In this document: one piece after another, positions 33,757-46,033 of the stretch
Layout of the letters: each line of letters begins with the position of its first letter
Position numbering within the stretch: position 1 is the first letter of the stretch
From: Blastocladiella emersonii ATCC 22665
Taxonomy: Eukaryota; Fungi; Blastocladiomycota
Reading direction: 5' to 3'
Assembly (NCBI GenBank): GCA_025594325.1
Contig: JANHCV010000003.1
Span: 310,001 to 374,000, forward strand
Length of the DNA stretch: 64,000 nucleotides
The notes under the pieces: generated by a model
Database searches by the model: none
Seen by the model: only the letters and a program-made list of their open reading frames with translations
What the model was told of the DNA's origin: nothing
Program-made: the position numbers and the translations under genes

Positions 33757-35962
33757 ATGACCAACGTTGCGCCACCGGCGGGGACCCGCATCGCGCCGAG
33801 CGAGCGCGACGCCATAACGTGCTTTGGCATGCTCGGTCAGTGTTGATGCACGAGCTGCGACGCCACTAGAGCCTGACGCGCCTCCACCTACTCGGTAGAC
33901 GACGTTGTGTAATGGGCACAGCCTGCTGACCGAGTCCGTGGTCCAGGGCGAGCCGATCCCGCTGCATGCCTTCGAGCTACTCCCGTTCCCGCACCCGATC
34001 CCGCTAGCGGGGCTCGGTCAGGTCCCGGTCCTCGCCTCCGAGCGCGTAGACAGCGTCACGCTCTCGGGCCCGACGACCCGGCCCAGGCCAACTGCTGCTG
34101 CTGCTGCTGCAGGGCAAGGGGTCGGCCGCGCTGAAACTTGCTCGTGCCACGCTGCCCGCCGAGGAGACGCGCGCCGTCGTCGCGCAGGTCGCCTTCGGCA
34201 AGCTCAACGCGTGCCAGTGGGACGACGCACTTGCGCTGCTCAAGAAGGTCCGCCTCGAGCCGCAGTACCTGCTGCACACGGCCGACCGGGACCATTCGCG
34301 GTACGGGCGCGAGAACAAGGAGATTGCCGCGTTCCTCACCGAGGTCAAGGCGCCCGAGTCGTTTGAAGCCATCGGTACGGCGCCACGCTCTCACTTCACT
34401 CTGAGCGGGATCTCACAAGCGTCCGCTCACTCCAGTCAATCTCGCCATGCACAAGCTCTGCGGCGGCCAGCCCTCGTCGCTCGACTCGGCCTGGGTCGCG
34501 TCGCTCCGCGCTTCGCTGGACGAGCGCGTCGACCGGTTCCTGCTCTCGTACCTCGACGCATGGTGGTCCACGTCCGATGCCGTCGACCCGACCGTCGAGG
34601 TCGCGCGGCTGCACCTGCTGCTGAAACTAGACCGCGGCATGCAGGAGGTGGTGGCGCAGGCGCGACTCGTGTGCGACAGCTCGCTGTCCAGCGACGAGCA
34701 CTAGCGGCTCGCCGACGATGTCGCCGCACGCGGTCACCCGTTTGCCGAGTCGCTCGTCTCGCAGTGCGCTGGTGACACACGCCGCGAACTCGACCTGTGG
34801 CAGTCGCTCCTCGACTCGACGCCGCCCGCGACCGCGACCGCCGCGCCAGGCGGCAAACCGCGCTGGGTCTCCGCCCGCGGCGTTGCGCAGCTGCTCGCCG
34901 ATCTCGGGTACGCCGCCGACCACGCGTCCGACATCCAGTGGCTCCTCGCGCGCGACCGCGCCTTCGCGTCGCACGTCCTGCGCACCTGGATCCCGGCATT
35001 TGACGAGGAGCGGCTCGCGGCGCTTGGCGCTCGGCCATGTGGCGCTCGTCGCTTACCTCGAGAACTCGAACGGGCCGCGCGGCGTGCTCGTACCCGCATA
35101 CCTCGCCGAGGGCGACAGCGTCGGCATCTGGCTCAGCAAGTACCGCGCGGCCATTATCGCGTTCTACGTCTTCGTTTCGGACTTTTTCGCGGCGACCTGG
35201 GTCCGAGGTACGAGGGCAGCTACTCGCCTTCCTGACGAGCGTCGCGGGATTGGGCGGCGAGGATCCGGTGGGCAAGGTGCGCGAGTGCCTCGTCCCCGCT
35301 GACGAGATTGCGTTCGAGCTCACCCTGCTTGAGGCCGACCCAACGGCGCGTGCGCCAGTACGTGAACGGGGTCGGCGACTTTGCGTCTGCGCACCGGGTG
35401 TGCGGGACTGAGGAGGTGCCGTTCGAGGTCGTGGTCGACGCGCCTCTCAAGATGGACAGACGGTACGTTTGCTCCAGGCGCTGCGTCCAGCTCATCACTC
35501 ACAAACGACCGGGTTCTAGCGACGCGTACCGGAGCCTCTTCATGCCGTTCGCCGCCAAGGACATGGACGTGGTCGACTTTCGCGCGATTGCCAACGTGCT
35601 GCCCGGCGACTGGGCGCCCAAACGCGTGGCACTGCTCCTCATGCACGAGCTCGTGCAGCTTACGCGCCTCACTGGAGCACCATGGTCAAGTCGCTCGAGC
35701 ATCAACGCAACACGACGGTACGCTGCTCCTTCCCAGCACCCTGGCCATGGCTAACGCTCGTGCCATACTGTAGGCCAAGCCGATCATTCTCGCTGCAGCT
35801 CAGGAGCAGCCTGGTCCCGTCACGCCGCCCGCCAGCTGCTTCGCATTCGGGTGCGCCGTCGACTCGTTCGTCGCGACGCACGCCGGCCTGCAAGTCTGTT
35901 CAACGTCGCGGCGGGTACTGCCAGGTCCGCCCAGCTCCGTGCCCGTTCGAGAAGGGACGTAA
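33757..35962 (+). pseudogene. VPS39/VPS3 (TGFBRAP1)-family pseudogene
   Basis: Reconstructed peptides VRQYVNGVGDFASAHRVC and VDFRAIANVLPGDWAPKRVALLLMHEL..STMVKSLEHQRN fit the clathrin-repeat/Vps39_2 region. There is an in-frame TAG at 34702, several frameshifts, and canonical introns near 34376-34436 and 35719-35773. Confidence 0.55.
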
Positions 35963-36160
35963 GGGCGCGGCCTCAATGCGTTGACACTCACGGCTTGCGT
36001 CGTATGAGTTCTAATTTTTAAGATACCTCTGCCTTACGATTCTCAGCTTCTTCTCCTGTCAACCGGCTGCGATCCGCGTTGATTCGGGTCGCGTTGCGCC
36101 ACCCTCCAAGAATTGCAATGAGATACAAGATACATTCCATGCCACGTCCACCTCTCACCC

Positions 36161-39100
36161 TCACTCGTCATCAAAATCACTCTCATCATCATCATCCCCG
36201 CCGCCGCCACCCGCTTCGAACTCGTCCGAGTCCGAGTCTTCGATCGTGACCGTCGCGACGGGCCTGGCCGCAGCTGCGCGGCGCGTGGGCCGAGCGCGCG
36301 GCGGGCTCGCGGGCTTCGCGGCGACGACCTCGTCGTCGTCGTCGTCCGAGTCGCTGACGACAGCGACCTTGGCCTTAGGCGGGCGCCCGCGGCGCTTCGG
36401 CGGCTCGGCGGCGGCGGGCTTGACGGCGGCCACGACAACCTCGTCGTCGTCGTCGCTGATCACGGCCTTGGCCTTGGGCGGGCGGCCGCGGCGTTTCGGC
36501 GGCTCGTCGGCCGTCTTCGCCGCGGCGGCGACAGCCGTCGTCGAGGAAGACGACGCGGCGGGGGACGAGTTGCTCGCTACACACACGTCCGCGAGAGTCA
36601 GTCTCGATCGCACCCACGAATCAAACGAGGGAGCAACGTACGCTTGCTCGCGGCGGCACCACCACTAGCGCGCGCGCGGATCTTAGCGAGACGCGTCTCG
36701 AGGTCGTCGTCGTCGCCCTCGTCCTGCAGCTTGGCGGCGGGCGGCTTGCGCGTGACGGCCGTGAACGAGAAGAAGTCGTCGATCTTAGCCTGCTTGCCGC
36801 CGCTCGAGCTCGCCGCGGCGGGCTGCTCGGCCTTGACGGGCTTGGCCGCCTTGGGCACCGCCGCCTTGGCCTTGCCCTTGGCGGCGGGCGCGGGCTTGAC
36901 CTCGACCTCCTCCTCCTCGTCGTCGCCACCGGCGGGCTCGTCGGCCTCGCTGTCGGACGACAGCTCGACGATGGCGGCCGACTTGGCCGTGGTAGCGCGG
37001 CGCGGCGCGCGCTCGCGTTTCGGGACCACGACCACGTCCATGGCGTCGTCGTCGCCCGCGTCCGAGTCGTCGCCGTCGCTCTCGGCCTTGACCTTCGGCT
37101 TAGCCTTGGGCTTCGGCGCCGCGGCGGCGGCGGCGGGCTTCTTGGCGGGTGCCGCGCGGGCGCGCTTGGCGGGGGCGGGCTTGGCCTCGAAGTCGTCGTC
37201 GTCGGCGGGCGCGGCGCGCTTCTTGGCCGTAGTCGACGAGGACGCGGCGGCGGCGATGGCCTTGAGGGTGGCGGGCTTCTTGCCCTTGACCTGCTTGGCC
37301 TCGCGCTTCTGGCGCGCGTCCTCGAGGGCGTCGTACTCGGCGACGAAGGCGTCGAGGTCCGTGGTCCACATGTCCTCAGGCGACTGCGACAGGACGAAGT
37401 CGAGCTCCTCCTTCTTGGCGCGCAGCTCGGCCTCCATCTGGTCGATCTTCTCCTGGGTCAGCGTGTACAGGGGCATCGAGAGGAGGTAGTCGTAGTCGGT
37501 GAGCGACGCGGGCACGTTCTCGTCGTCGTCCTCCTCATTGCCGTCGCCCGACCCGGCCCCGGCGCCGCCGGCGGCGGAACCCGACGACTTGTCCGACTTG
37601 TCGCTGCCCTTCTTGATGGGCAGAAAGTCGCGCTTGCGGAGCTCGGCCACGAGGGCGGCCTTGGCCTTGCGCTCGATGATGAGCTTGCGGTCGATGACCT
37701 CGCGGATGAACCGGACCTTGTTCTCCTGGCGCTTGAAGTTGCGGAGGAGCTGGTCGACGAGGTACTCCTTGCGCTTGGCGTAGTACTTGAGGCGGAGGTG
37801 GAAGAAGTCCTCGAGGATGGCCGACGTCGACGGGTACCGCTTGATGCGCGAGTGCTCGTCGAAGCACACCATGTTGGACACGCTGAGCGTGGTGGCGAGC
37901 TTGAACTTCTTCTCGAGCTCCTCGTCCGACATCTTGGCCGCGTCGGGCGTGAGCGTCACGATGAAGTGCACCGTCACGTCCGTGTGGTACTCGCGGTAGT
38001 CGGTGATGCACGCCTTCTCCTTCTCGGTCCCCGCGAGGAACGTCTCGAGCATGTCCTTGAACTTCTCAGTCCACGTCCCGACGGGCAGCTCCGTGATCTC
38101 GAGCGTCACGTCGTCGGGCCGCGCCATGGTGCCGGCGATGCGGTACCGGCCCTCGAACGTGCCGGTGGCGTTGAGGATCGGCTCGATGGTGCCGCGGAAC
38201 CCGTGGTACCACGGCTTCATGGGCTCGACGGGCTCGCCCTTGATGAGCCGGCGCAGGTTGTTGACGACGTCGAGCGGGTGGTGGTTCGGGATCGCCGTGG
38301 ACCAGCCGGTACCGATGCCCGTGGCGCCGTTGATGAGGACGAGCGGGAGGACGGGCATGTACCACTCGGGCTCGATGGACTGGCCGTCGTCGTTGAGGTA
38401 CTCGAGCAGGGCGTCGTCGTGCGGGTGGAAGATGCGGCGGGTGATGGGCGCGAGGGTGGTGAAGATGTAACGCGCGCTGGCCGCGTCGTCGCCGCCGCGG
38501 AGCCGGGTCCCGAACTGCCCGCGCGGCTCGAGCAGGTAGATGTTGTTGCTGCCGACGTAGTCCTGGGCCATGTTGACGATGGTCGACGACAGCGACACCT
38601 CGCCGTGGTGGTACGCCGAGTGCTCGGACACGTAGCCCGACAGCTGCGCGACCTTGATCTCGGCCTTGAGGTTGCGCTTGAAGCAGCAGAACAGGATCTT
38701 GCGCTGGCCGGGCTTGAGTCCGTCGACGACCGACGGGATGCTGCGCTTGTTGTCGGCGATCGAGAACAGCATGAGCTCCTTGTTGATGAACTCCTTGACG
38801 GGGATCGACGGCTGCGAGTGGTCCATGTAGGTGCCGCGCTCGTACGTCGTGAGCCACTGCTTGCGGTCGTCGGCCTTCTTCTTGTTGAAGGCCATGTCGA
38901 CGAGCGCGCGGTCCTCGGCGTCGCACGGGTCGAACGGCTTGCGGTGCTTGGGCAGCGCCGAAAAGTACTGCTTGGCCTCCTCGCGGGTCGAGGTGCCGAG
39001 CCCCTTGTAGTACTTGATGGTCCAGCCGCGCGTCACGTTGTCGTGGGCTTCGCGCCACTCGTCGTACTCGGGCATCGAGTAGAAGGTGAGCTGCTCGCGC

Positions 39101-41174
39101 TTCTTGGTGCACTTGATGATGGGCGTGATGAACTCGCACAGGAACCCGGGGATCTTGAGCAGCGACGGCCAGTACTGGTCGAACAGGTTGATGAGCAGGC
39201 CCTTGATGTGGCTGCCGTCGTGGTCCTGGTCCGTCATGATCATGAGGTGCCCGTACCGCAGGTCGGCCACGGACGTGTACACCTTCCCCTGCGCGAGCCC
39301 GAGGATCTTCTTGATGGCCGACACCTCCTCGTTCTTGGCCACCGTGTGCGACGCCGCGTCGCGCACGTTGAGGATCTTGCCGCGCAGCGGGAACACGCCG
39401 TAGTAGTCGCGGCCGACCACGCTGAGCCCGGACACGGCGAGCGCCTTGGCCGAGTCGCCCTCGGTGAGGATGAGCGTGCACTTGGCGGCCTGGCGGGTGC
39501 CCGCAAAGTTGGCGTCGTCGAGCTTGGCGATGCCCGTGATGCGGTTGCGCTTCTTGCCGTCCGTCTTCTTGAGCTGCTGGCCCTGCTTGGCCTCGGCGAC
39601 CGAGATGAGGCGGTCGAGGATCCCGCACTTGAGCACCTTCTTGTGGAAGTCGTCGGACAGCGCGCACTTGGACCCGAACGCGGACGCGCGCAGCGTCATG
39701 TTCTCCTTGGTCTGCGAGTCGAAGGTCGGGTTCTCGATGAGGCAGTTAACGAACACCCACAGGTTGTTCTTGACCTGCGCGGGCCGGAGCGGCGTGCCCT
39801 TGACCTTCTTCTTGACCGCCTCGACGAGCTTGGCCACGACCTGCGACGTGATGTGGTCGACGTGCGTGCCGCCCTTGGACGTGCAGATCGAGTTGACAAA
39901 CGACATTTGCGAGAACTGGTCGTCGGCGGGCGCCACGGCGACCTCCCACCGCGGCGAGTTGCTCTCGTACACGACGGTCGTCGTGGTGGCGGCGGCGGCG
40001 GGCGCGTCGTCGTCCTCGGCGTCCTGCCGCTGCTGCGCGAGCTGCGACTGGATGTACAGGTTGACGTACGACTTGAAGTCCTTGATCTTGACGCGGTCGC
40101 CGTTGAGGAACACCTTGACGCCGCGCGTGCACCCGGCCATGTCGTAGACGCGCTTCTTGAGCAGCGAGACGATGTCGGCGTCGAGCGCGGTCATGCCGAA
40201 CTTGGCGAGGTCGGGCTTGAAGGTAATCTTGGTGTACTCCTCGTTGCGCTTGTTGTCGGAGACGGCGGGGTTGGTCTTGGCGCCCATGTTGGCCGAGAAC
40301 GTCTGCTTGTATTTTTTCCCGGCGTCGCGGTCGGCCGTCTCGACGGTGAACTCGGTCGAGAAGATGTTGCACAGCTTGGCACCGTAACCGTTGCGGCCGC
40401 CCGTGACCTTCTTCTCGCCGTCGTCGTAGTTGGACGACGTGAGGAGGTGGCCGAAGATGAGCTCGGGCACGTAGACCTGCTCCTCCTTGTGGATCTGGAC
40501 GGGGATCCCGCGCCCGTTGTTCATGACCGAGATGGTGTTGTTCTCGGCGTCGATGGTGACCTTGAGCGTGTCCATGTTCGGGTCGCGGATCTTGTTGTCG
40601 GCGGCGTTGACCAGGATCTCGTCAAAGATCTTGAACAGGCCGGGCACGTAGGTGATGGTGCGGTGCACAAACTGCAGCGACTCGTTGAGCACCCACATGG
40701 GCTGCATGATGGCCTCGACGCTGCCAATGTACGTGTCCGGGCGCAGCAGGATGTGCTCGAGCTGCGTCTTCTTCTGGTACGTCTCCTCGATCGTCTTGGC
40801 CGCGCCGGCGGACCGCGGGCGCGCTGACGTCGGCTCGTCCACGTCCATGGCGTCGTCATCATCGCTATCGACGACGGCGGCGGACTTGGCCGCAGCAGCA
40901 GCCTTGCCGCGCGGTTTCGCGGCCGGCCTGCGAGCCTACACGCCGGACGTACGAGCGTGGTGTCAGCTCAATGATGATCACCCACGCTGATCCCCACACG
41001 GGTTGAACACACCTTGGTCGCCGCTGCCGTAGCAGCAGGTGCAGCCTTCTTGGCGGCGGCCGCGGCAGCAGCCTTGCCCTTGGGCTTGGGCGCGGGGGCG
41101 GCGGCCTCCTCGACAAAGTCGTCGTCGCTGGCGCCGTAGTCGGAGCCCGACTCGGAGTAGTCGGACGTTGCCAT
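36161..41174 (-). CDS. TOP2: DNA topoisomerase II
   Basis: YQKKTQLEHILLRPDTYIGS, GGRNGYGAK, ILTEGDSA, PLRGKILNV, IMTDQDHDGSHI, YYKGLGTS and catalytic ASARYIFT. Introns at 40936-41012 and 36577-36641. TGA at 36161-36163. Confidence 0.99.
36368..36505 (-). repeat. Internal duplication in the TOP2 last exon encoding two AT-hooks
   Basis: EPPKRRGRPPKAK occurs twice, each copy followed by an acidic SD(D)n tract. Confidence 0.85.
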
Positions 41175-41392
41175 GGTGCGTGCTGATTACGTTGCAGAGA
41201 GTGTGGGGAGTAGGGGCCGAGACGTGCCCGTCGTCGTTGAGGGTCGAGGAGAGAGAGGGGGAGGACGTGAGACGAGCGTCGCGGTCGCGGTGGGACCGGA
41301 CTGCGCGCGGCTGCTGCGCGAACACGCTGTGACTCAAAGGCTGCCTGTGAAGATTGTGTGTCTGTATAAAATGTCGCCCCGCTCCCCACTCA

Positions 41393-42295
41393 TTACAGCT
41401 CGAGGACCGCCCGCGCGGCGCGCACGGTCGCCGAGTCGTCCTTGCCGCGGACCGTGGTCTTGGCGTAGATACTCGAGAGCTTGTTCGCAACTGCCTTGTT
41501 GAGCTCGGTCCACGTCGCCTTGTCGGCCGCCGTCGCGGCAGGCTCACGCAGCAGCGCGGCGGTGCACTGGACGACGCCGTAGAGGGCGGGGACAAAGTCG
41601 GGGACGAGCTCGACGGCGCGGCAGAAGTGCTTGAGCGCGATATCCTTGGCCCCGAGCGCGTACTGGATCCCCGCGTAGGTGAGGTGGACCTGGTGCGACG
41701 TGGGCACGAGCAGGATCGCCTCCTCGGCGCAGAACGCGGCCTGCTGGAGCATGCTTTGAGCAGAGTACAGGTCCGCGAGCTCGAGCCACCCTTCAAAGTC
41801 GTTGGGCACCGTGTCGAGCAGCGTGACGAGGGCGTCGATGGCGTCGCGCGCGCGGCCGCGCGTCTTGAGCAGCGCGATCTTGCGCTTGAACGCGCCCACG
41901 TCCGACTCGCGCTGCTCGATCACCGCGTTGTAGCTCGCCATGGCGGTCTCGAAGTCGCCCGCGGACTCGGCCTGCATGCCCTTGAGCTTCAGCACGCGCA
42001 GAGAGCCCGGAAACTGCCGGTCGAGCGCGGCGACGTGCGACGCCGCAGAGTCGAGGTCGCCCATGTCCAGCAGCGCCACGGCGAGCTGCTCTCGCACGTT
42101 CCACACTACACCCACACGCGAGAGTCAGGTCTGCCACTTGACAGATGCGCAGGGGACCAGCTTACCATCGTCGCCCAGTCGGCCCGGGTGCGCCAGCACG
42201 GCGTTGGCGAGCTCGGCGACGCGGAACGGGCGGACTTCCTGCGACGCGCGCAGCGTGCGCAGCTCTGTCCATGCGTCGTTGAAGAAGAGATCCAT
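41393..42295 (-). CDS. EMC2: ER membrane protein complex subunit 2 (TPR protein)
   Basis: VWNVREQLAVALLD..RQFPGSLRVLKLKGM..KRKIALLK..NDFEGWLELADLY..AAFCAEEAILLVP. One 60-nt intron at 42106-42165 (gtaagc donor). Confidence 0.9.
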
Positions 42296-42536
42296 GGCTG
42301 TGTTTGGTTTGTGAGGTCCGGCTGTGGCGAGAGCGAGAGCGGGAGAAGGATCAGCGGGCGCGGGCGCGGGCGCGAGGGCGCCGCCAGCGGGTCGCCTCCT
42401 CTCTCGTGGCGTCGCCCGGCTCACCTGATTCACCGACGCGTCTCGCGCTCGTTGCCAGTCGGCCGTCGCTTCTCTCTCCCCTCCCGTAACGATCGGCGAC
42501 CCATGTATCTCTCAACCCGCACCGAAACTTGCTGAA

Positions 42537-44128
42537 ATGGACACGAAACCCGGCCCCGCCGCCACCTCGTCCGACGTGCAGGTCAACCTCGACCGCCTCC
42601 CGCTCTCCGAGGACCTGCTGCGGTACTACAAGGACCGGATCGAGCACAACGAGTCGGAGCTGCAGGCGTACATCAACGCGCTCGACGCGATCCGCGCCTC
42701 GCACGAGGAGCACCACCGGCTGACGTGGGAGCTGCAGCAGCGCGCCGACGAGGTGCGCGCCCTGCAGACCGCGCTGAGCGAGTCGCAGGCCGCGCTCATC
42801 GACGAGCGCCGCCAGCTGCTCAAGGTGCTCGCGGAGAATGACGAGTTGAGGATCCAGGAGCTCAAGGATCGGCGGAAGATCCGGTACCTCCTCGGGCTCT
42901 GCGGGCAGGCGGTGCCGGAGGATGAGACGACGTACTTCAAGCCGTCCGTGTACCGCGGCATGGTCCGGAGCGCGGGGAACGCTCGGCCGGGGGCTGCTCG
43001 AGCTGGCGGTGCGGCGCGCGGCGGAAAGGGCGGCGACGGCGGGGCCGAGACGCCGCCGATGCCGACGGTACCGCCCACCCTCACACCCTCCCCGCACCAC
43101 CCACTCACACCGTCGGCCCCGCCAGATGGAGGAAGCGCAAGGCTCCGAGCCCGGCCTCGCGTTGCGCGACGAGAACCAGGTGCTCCGCCTGCAAGTCCAA
43201 GCGCTGCGCGCGCAGCTCGAGGAGCAGCAGCGGGTGCACAAGGAGTCGCTCGACAAGCTGGTCGAGGACCGGCGGCTGCGCGCCGACGAGGAGAAGCTGC
43301 GCGCCGCGGCCGACGCCGAGCGCGTGCGCGTGCTCACCGACAAGCTGGCCAAGCACCAGGAGTTTCTGCGGGATAACACCAAGGGTACGACCGCCCCGTC
43401 TCTCGCCCCCGTGGCGCTCGCTGACACGTTGTGTAGAGGTTCTCACGATCCGCAAGTCGTACCTGATGAACGAGCGGCTGCTCAAGGAGGAGCGGGTGCG
43501 GCTCGTCGAGGAGGTGAACTCGCTGCGCGCAAAGTACCAGGAAGTGCGCGGGCGCAGCGAGCAGGTCGAGCGCGTCATCGAGACGCGGGTGCTCAAGAAG
43601 AACGAGGGGCTCCTGCACGAGCTCCGCACCCAGCTCGCCAAGTACGAGCACGAGCTGCGCAACTCGCGGGTCCGTCCTCACCCTCCCCTCCTACGCGTAC
43701 GCTCGCAACTGACACCTTGGCGCGGTGTAGGTCGACCTGGAAGAACGCGAAGCCGGCTCCGCGAAAAAGATCGAGGCGCTGCAGCGGCGGCTCGAGTCGG
43801 CGCGCAACGACTACCGCGCGCTCAAGAAGCGGCGAGACCTCGAGATCGAGGGGTTCACCAACGACATTCTGATGCTGCGCCGGAAAGTCAAGGATCTTGA
43901 GCGCCATATTGTGAGGACGGCCCCGCTGCAGGACGCGGAGCTCGCGGTCCTGCGCATGGTCGAGGACACGGGGCGGCGGACTGCGCAGATCCAGCGCGAT
44001 GTGGTCGGGATCAAGGTACGGGGGATGGGGAAGCGAGGGCGAGGGCGGGACGGGTCTGACGCGAACGACTGGGAGTGTAGCAAAAGGTGCAGGGGATCGA
44101 GGTTGACTTGCACGCGGTCCCGCTGTGA
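42537..44128 (+). CDS. CCDC77: Centriolar coiled-coil protein CCDC77
   Basis: LPLSEDLLRYYKDRI..ENDELRIQELKDRRKIRYLL and IEGFTNDILMLRRKVKDLER match CCDC77 motifs. Four short introns; the last exon is 44081-44128. Confidence 0.85.
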
Positions 44129-44182
44129 CGGACGGATGGATTTCAATCGTACTGTATATATTGCGCACCCTCCCTCACCCGC

Positions 44183-45739
44183 TCAGTTCCCCGCCGCGTC
44201 CTTATCCTTGGCCTTCTCGCGCGACTTTTCGCGGCGGTTGTTCTCATCAAACTTGGCCTTCTTGACGGCCGCGAGTCGGGACTGGTGCCCGAACGCGTTG
44301 GCCGGCCGACGCTTCGCGACGTTGAGCTCCATCGACTCGGTCGCCGCGCCCGCAAAGAACCCGGGCACGCGAATCCGGTAGTGCGACTCGAGGTAGAGCT
44401 GGAGGTCGCGGACCTCGAGCGTGTTCCCCTTGCGGTGCTTGGCGAGGTCGCACGCGAACCTTGTCGTCGACTCGATGAACTCGTCGGCCATCTCCATGAG
44501 CATCTCGTGCACGTCGCCGTCGACGCGCAGCGTCGGGTCCATCTGCGCCACGAGCTCGGCGAGACGGCGCTTGCCCAGGACCTGGTGCGCGTCGGCAGCG
44601 CCTGCGACGACGGCTGGGTTCGTCGAGGAAGGCCCGCCGAACCCGCCGGCGGGCGGACCACCGCTGCCGAGACCGAGACCGAGAGACGTGTCCTTGGGCA
44701 GCGTCGCGGACCGCGACACGCCCTGGCTCGGGACCGTCGACGCGGCGGGCGCCTGTTTCGTGGGTGGTGCGGGCGGCGGCTGCGACGTGGCGGGCGCAGC
44801 GGCGGCACCGGGCCCGCGCGACGCGGTCGAGTTGGTGCGGCCCGGCGGGATCGGCCGCTTGGTCGGTCCCGCGCCGCCGGCACCGCCGCCGGGAGCCGGA
44901 GTCGGCGTGGCAGCAGCGGGCGTGTTGCCCGAGGTAGCGGTTTTGGACGGGTCGGGGGTCGCCGTGGACGGCTGCGGTTTCGGGCCGGCGGTCCCCGCCG
45001 CGGCGGGCGTCTTGGCGGGCGGCGGGACGGCGGGGCCCTTGCCCTTGCCGACGGGCGCCTTGCCGCCAGCGGCAGGACCGTCGCTGGGCGCCGGAGTGAC
45101 GGCGGGCGACGAGGCCATGACGCCGGGCGCGGACGTCACGAACGACGGGGCGGCGGGATGAATGGAGGACGAGGCAGCAGCAGCAGCAGCAGCAGCGTCG
45201 GGTGGGCCGGGGGCGAGGATGATCGAAATCGGGTTGTTGGAGGAGAGAGACACGGGCGGGACGATAGGTTGTGGGAGGGCGGGCACACTCGTGACATGCA
45301 TATCCGCAACCGACGTGGGGGGCGGCGGTCCGCCCTGCTGCCCCTGCGCCTGCGCCTGCTGCCCCTGGGCGGTGGCCTGGGCAGCCGCAGCAGCTTGTGC
45401 GGCGGCCTGCTGGGCGGCGGCGGCCTCGACGCGCTGGGCAATCCCGTTGCGCATGGTCTGGAGGTGACCGCGCGGGATCTCGGCGATCTTGGGGAAGCTG
45501 ATGGCGAGCTTCTCGAGCGACATGACGGCCTTGGCCTCGCGGTCGCGCAGCTGCGCGGCGTGCTCGGGCGGGGTCACGGCCAGGTCGCGGCGGATCGAGT
45601 CGAGCACGTCCTCGAGCCGGATGCGCTGGTCCATGATGGTGATGGTGTGCTGGACTGTCCACGACGTGGAGGCGGCGCCCTGTGGTTGCGGCTGCTGCGC
45701 CGGCTGCTGCTGCTGCTGCGGTGGTGGCGGGGCAGACAT
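44183..45739 (-). CDS. TAF12: TFIID/SAGA subunit TAF12
   Basis: C-terminal histone fold VLGKRRLAELVAQMDP..EMADEFIESTTRFACDLAKHRKGNTLEVRDLQLYLE after a long Gln/Pro/Ala-rich N-terminus. Single exon. Confidence 0.93.
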   Translation of the reverse strand: MSAPPPPQQQQQPAQQPQPQGAASTSWTVQHTITIMDQRIRLEDVLDSIRRDLAVTPPEHAAQLRDREAKAVMSLEKLAISFPKIAEIPRGHLQTMRNGIAQRVEAAAAQQAAAQAAAAAQATAQGQQAQAQGQQGGPPPPTSVADMHVTSVPALPQPIVPPVSLSSNNPISIILAPGPPDAAAAAAAASSSIHPAAPSFVTSAPGVMASSPAVTPAPSDGPAAGGKAPVGKGKGPAVPPPAKTPAAAGTAGPKPQPSTATPDPSKTATSGNTPAAATPTPAPGGGAGGAGPTKRPIPPGRTNSTASRGPGAAAAPATSQPPPAPPTKQAPAASTVPSQGVSRSATLPKDTSLGLGLGSGGPPAGGFGGPSSTNPAVVAGAADAHQVLGKRRLAELVAQMDPTLRVDGDVHEMLMEMADEFIESTTRFACDLAKHRKGNTLEVRDLQLYLESHYRIRVPGFFAGAATESMELNVAKRRPANAFGHQSRLAAVKKAKFDENNRREKSREKAKDKDAAGN

Positions 45740-46033
45740 GGATGGAGTTTAGGGGGAGATTGCGGCGAGTGCGAGTCGCAGGCTGCACGTCGATGGGGGT
45801 TGCGGATGGGGGGATGCAGAACGGGGGGAGACGTACTACCGCTCCTTCATAGTCTGTTACAGGAACTTGTCACTGTACTCGTCCTCCCTGCGTGGCGCGC
45901 GAAAGAAACTCGGAATTCGACGACAAGCGCACAATGCTTCGTTCACGACCATCTGGACTTGAAGCTCGGTATTAGAGAATCTCCATCGGACGAAAGCTGC
46001 GACAGGTCCGTGACGTGCAAAACGTGAGTGGCG

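Noticed and set aside
37798-40827. Long antisense ORFs (1009 aa here; also 9148-11763, 2286-3803, 22676-24475, 44285-46027)
   Set aside because: They mirror real genes on the opposite strand. High GC3 bias removes antisense stops, and the translations have no family motifs.
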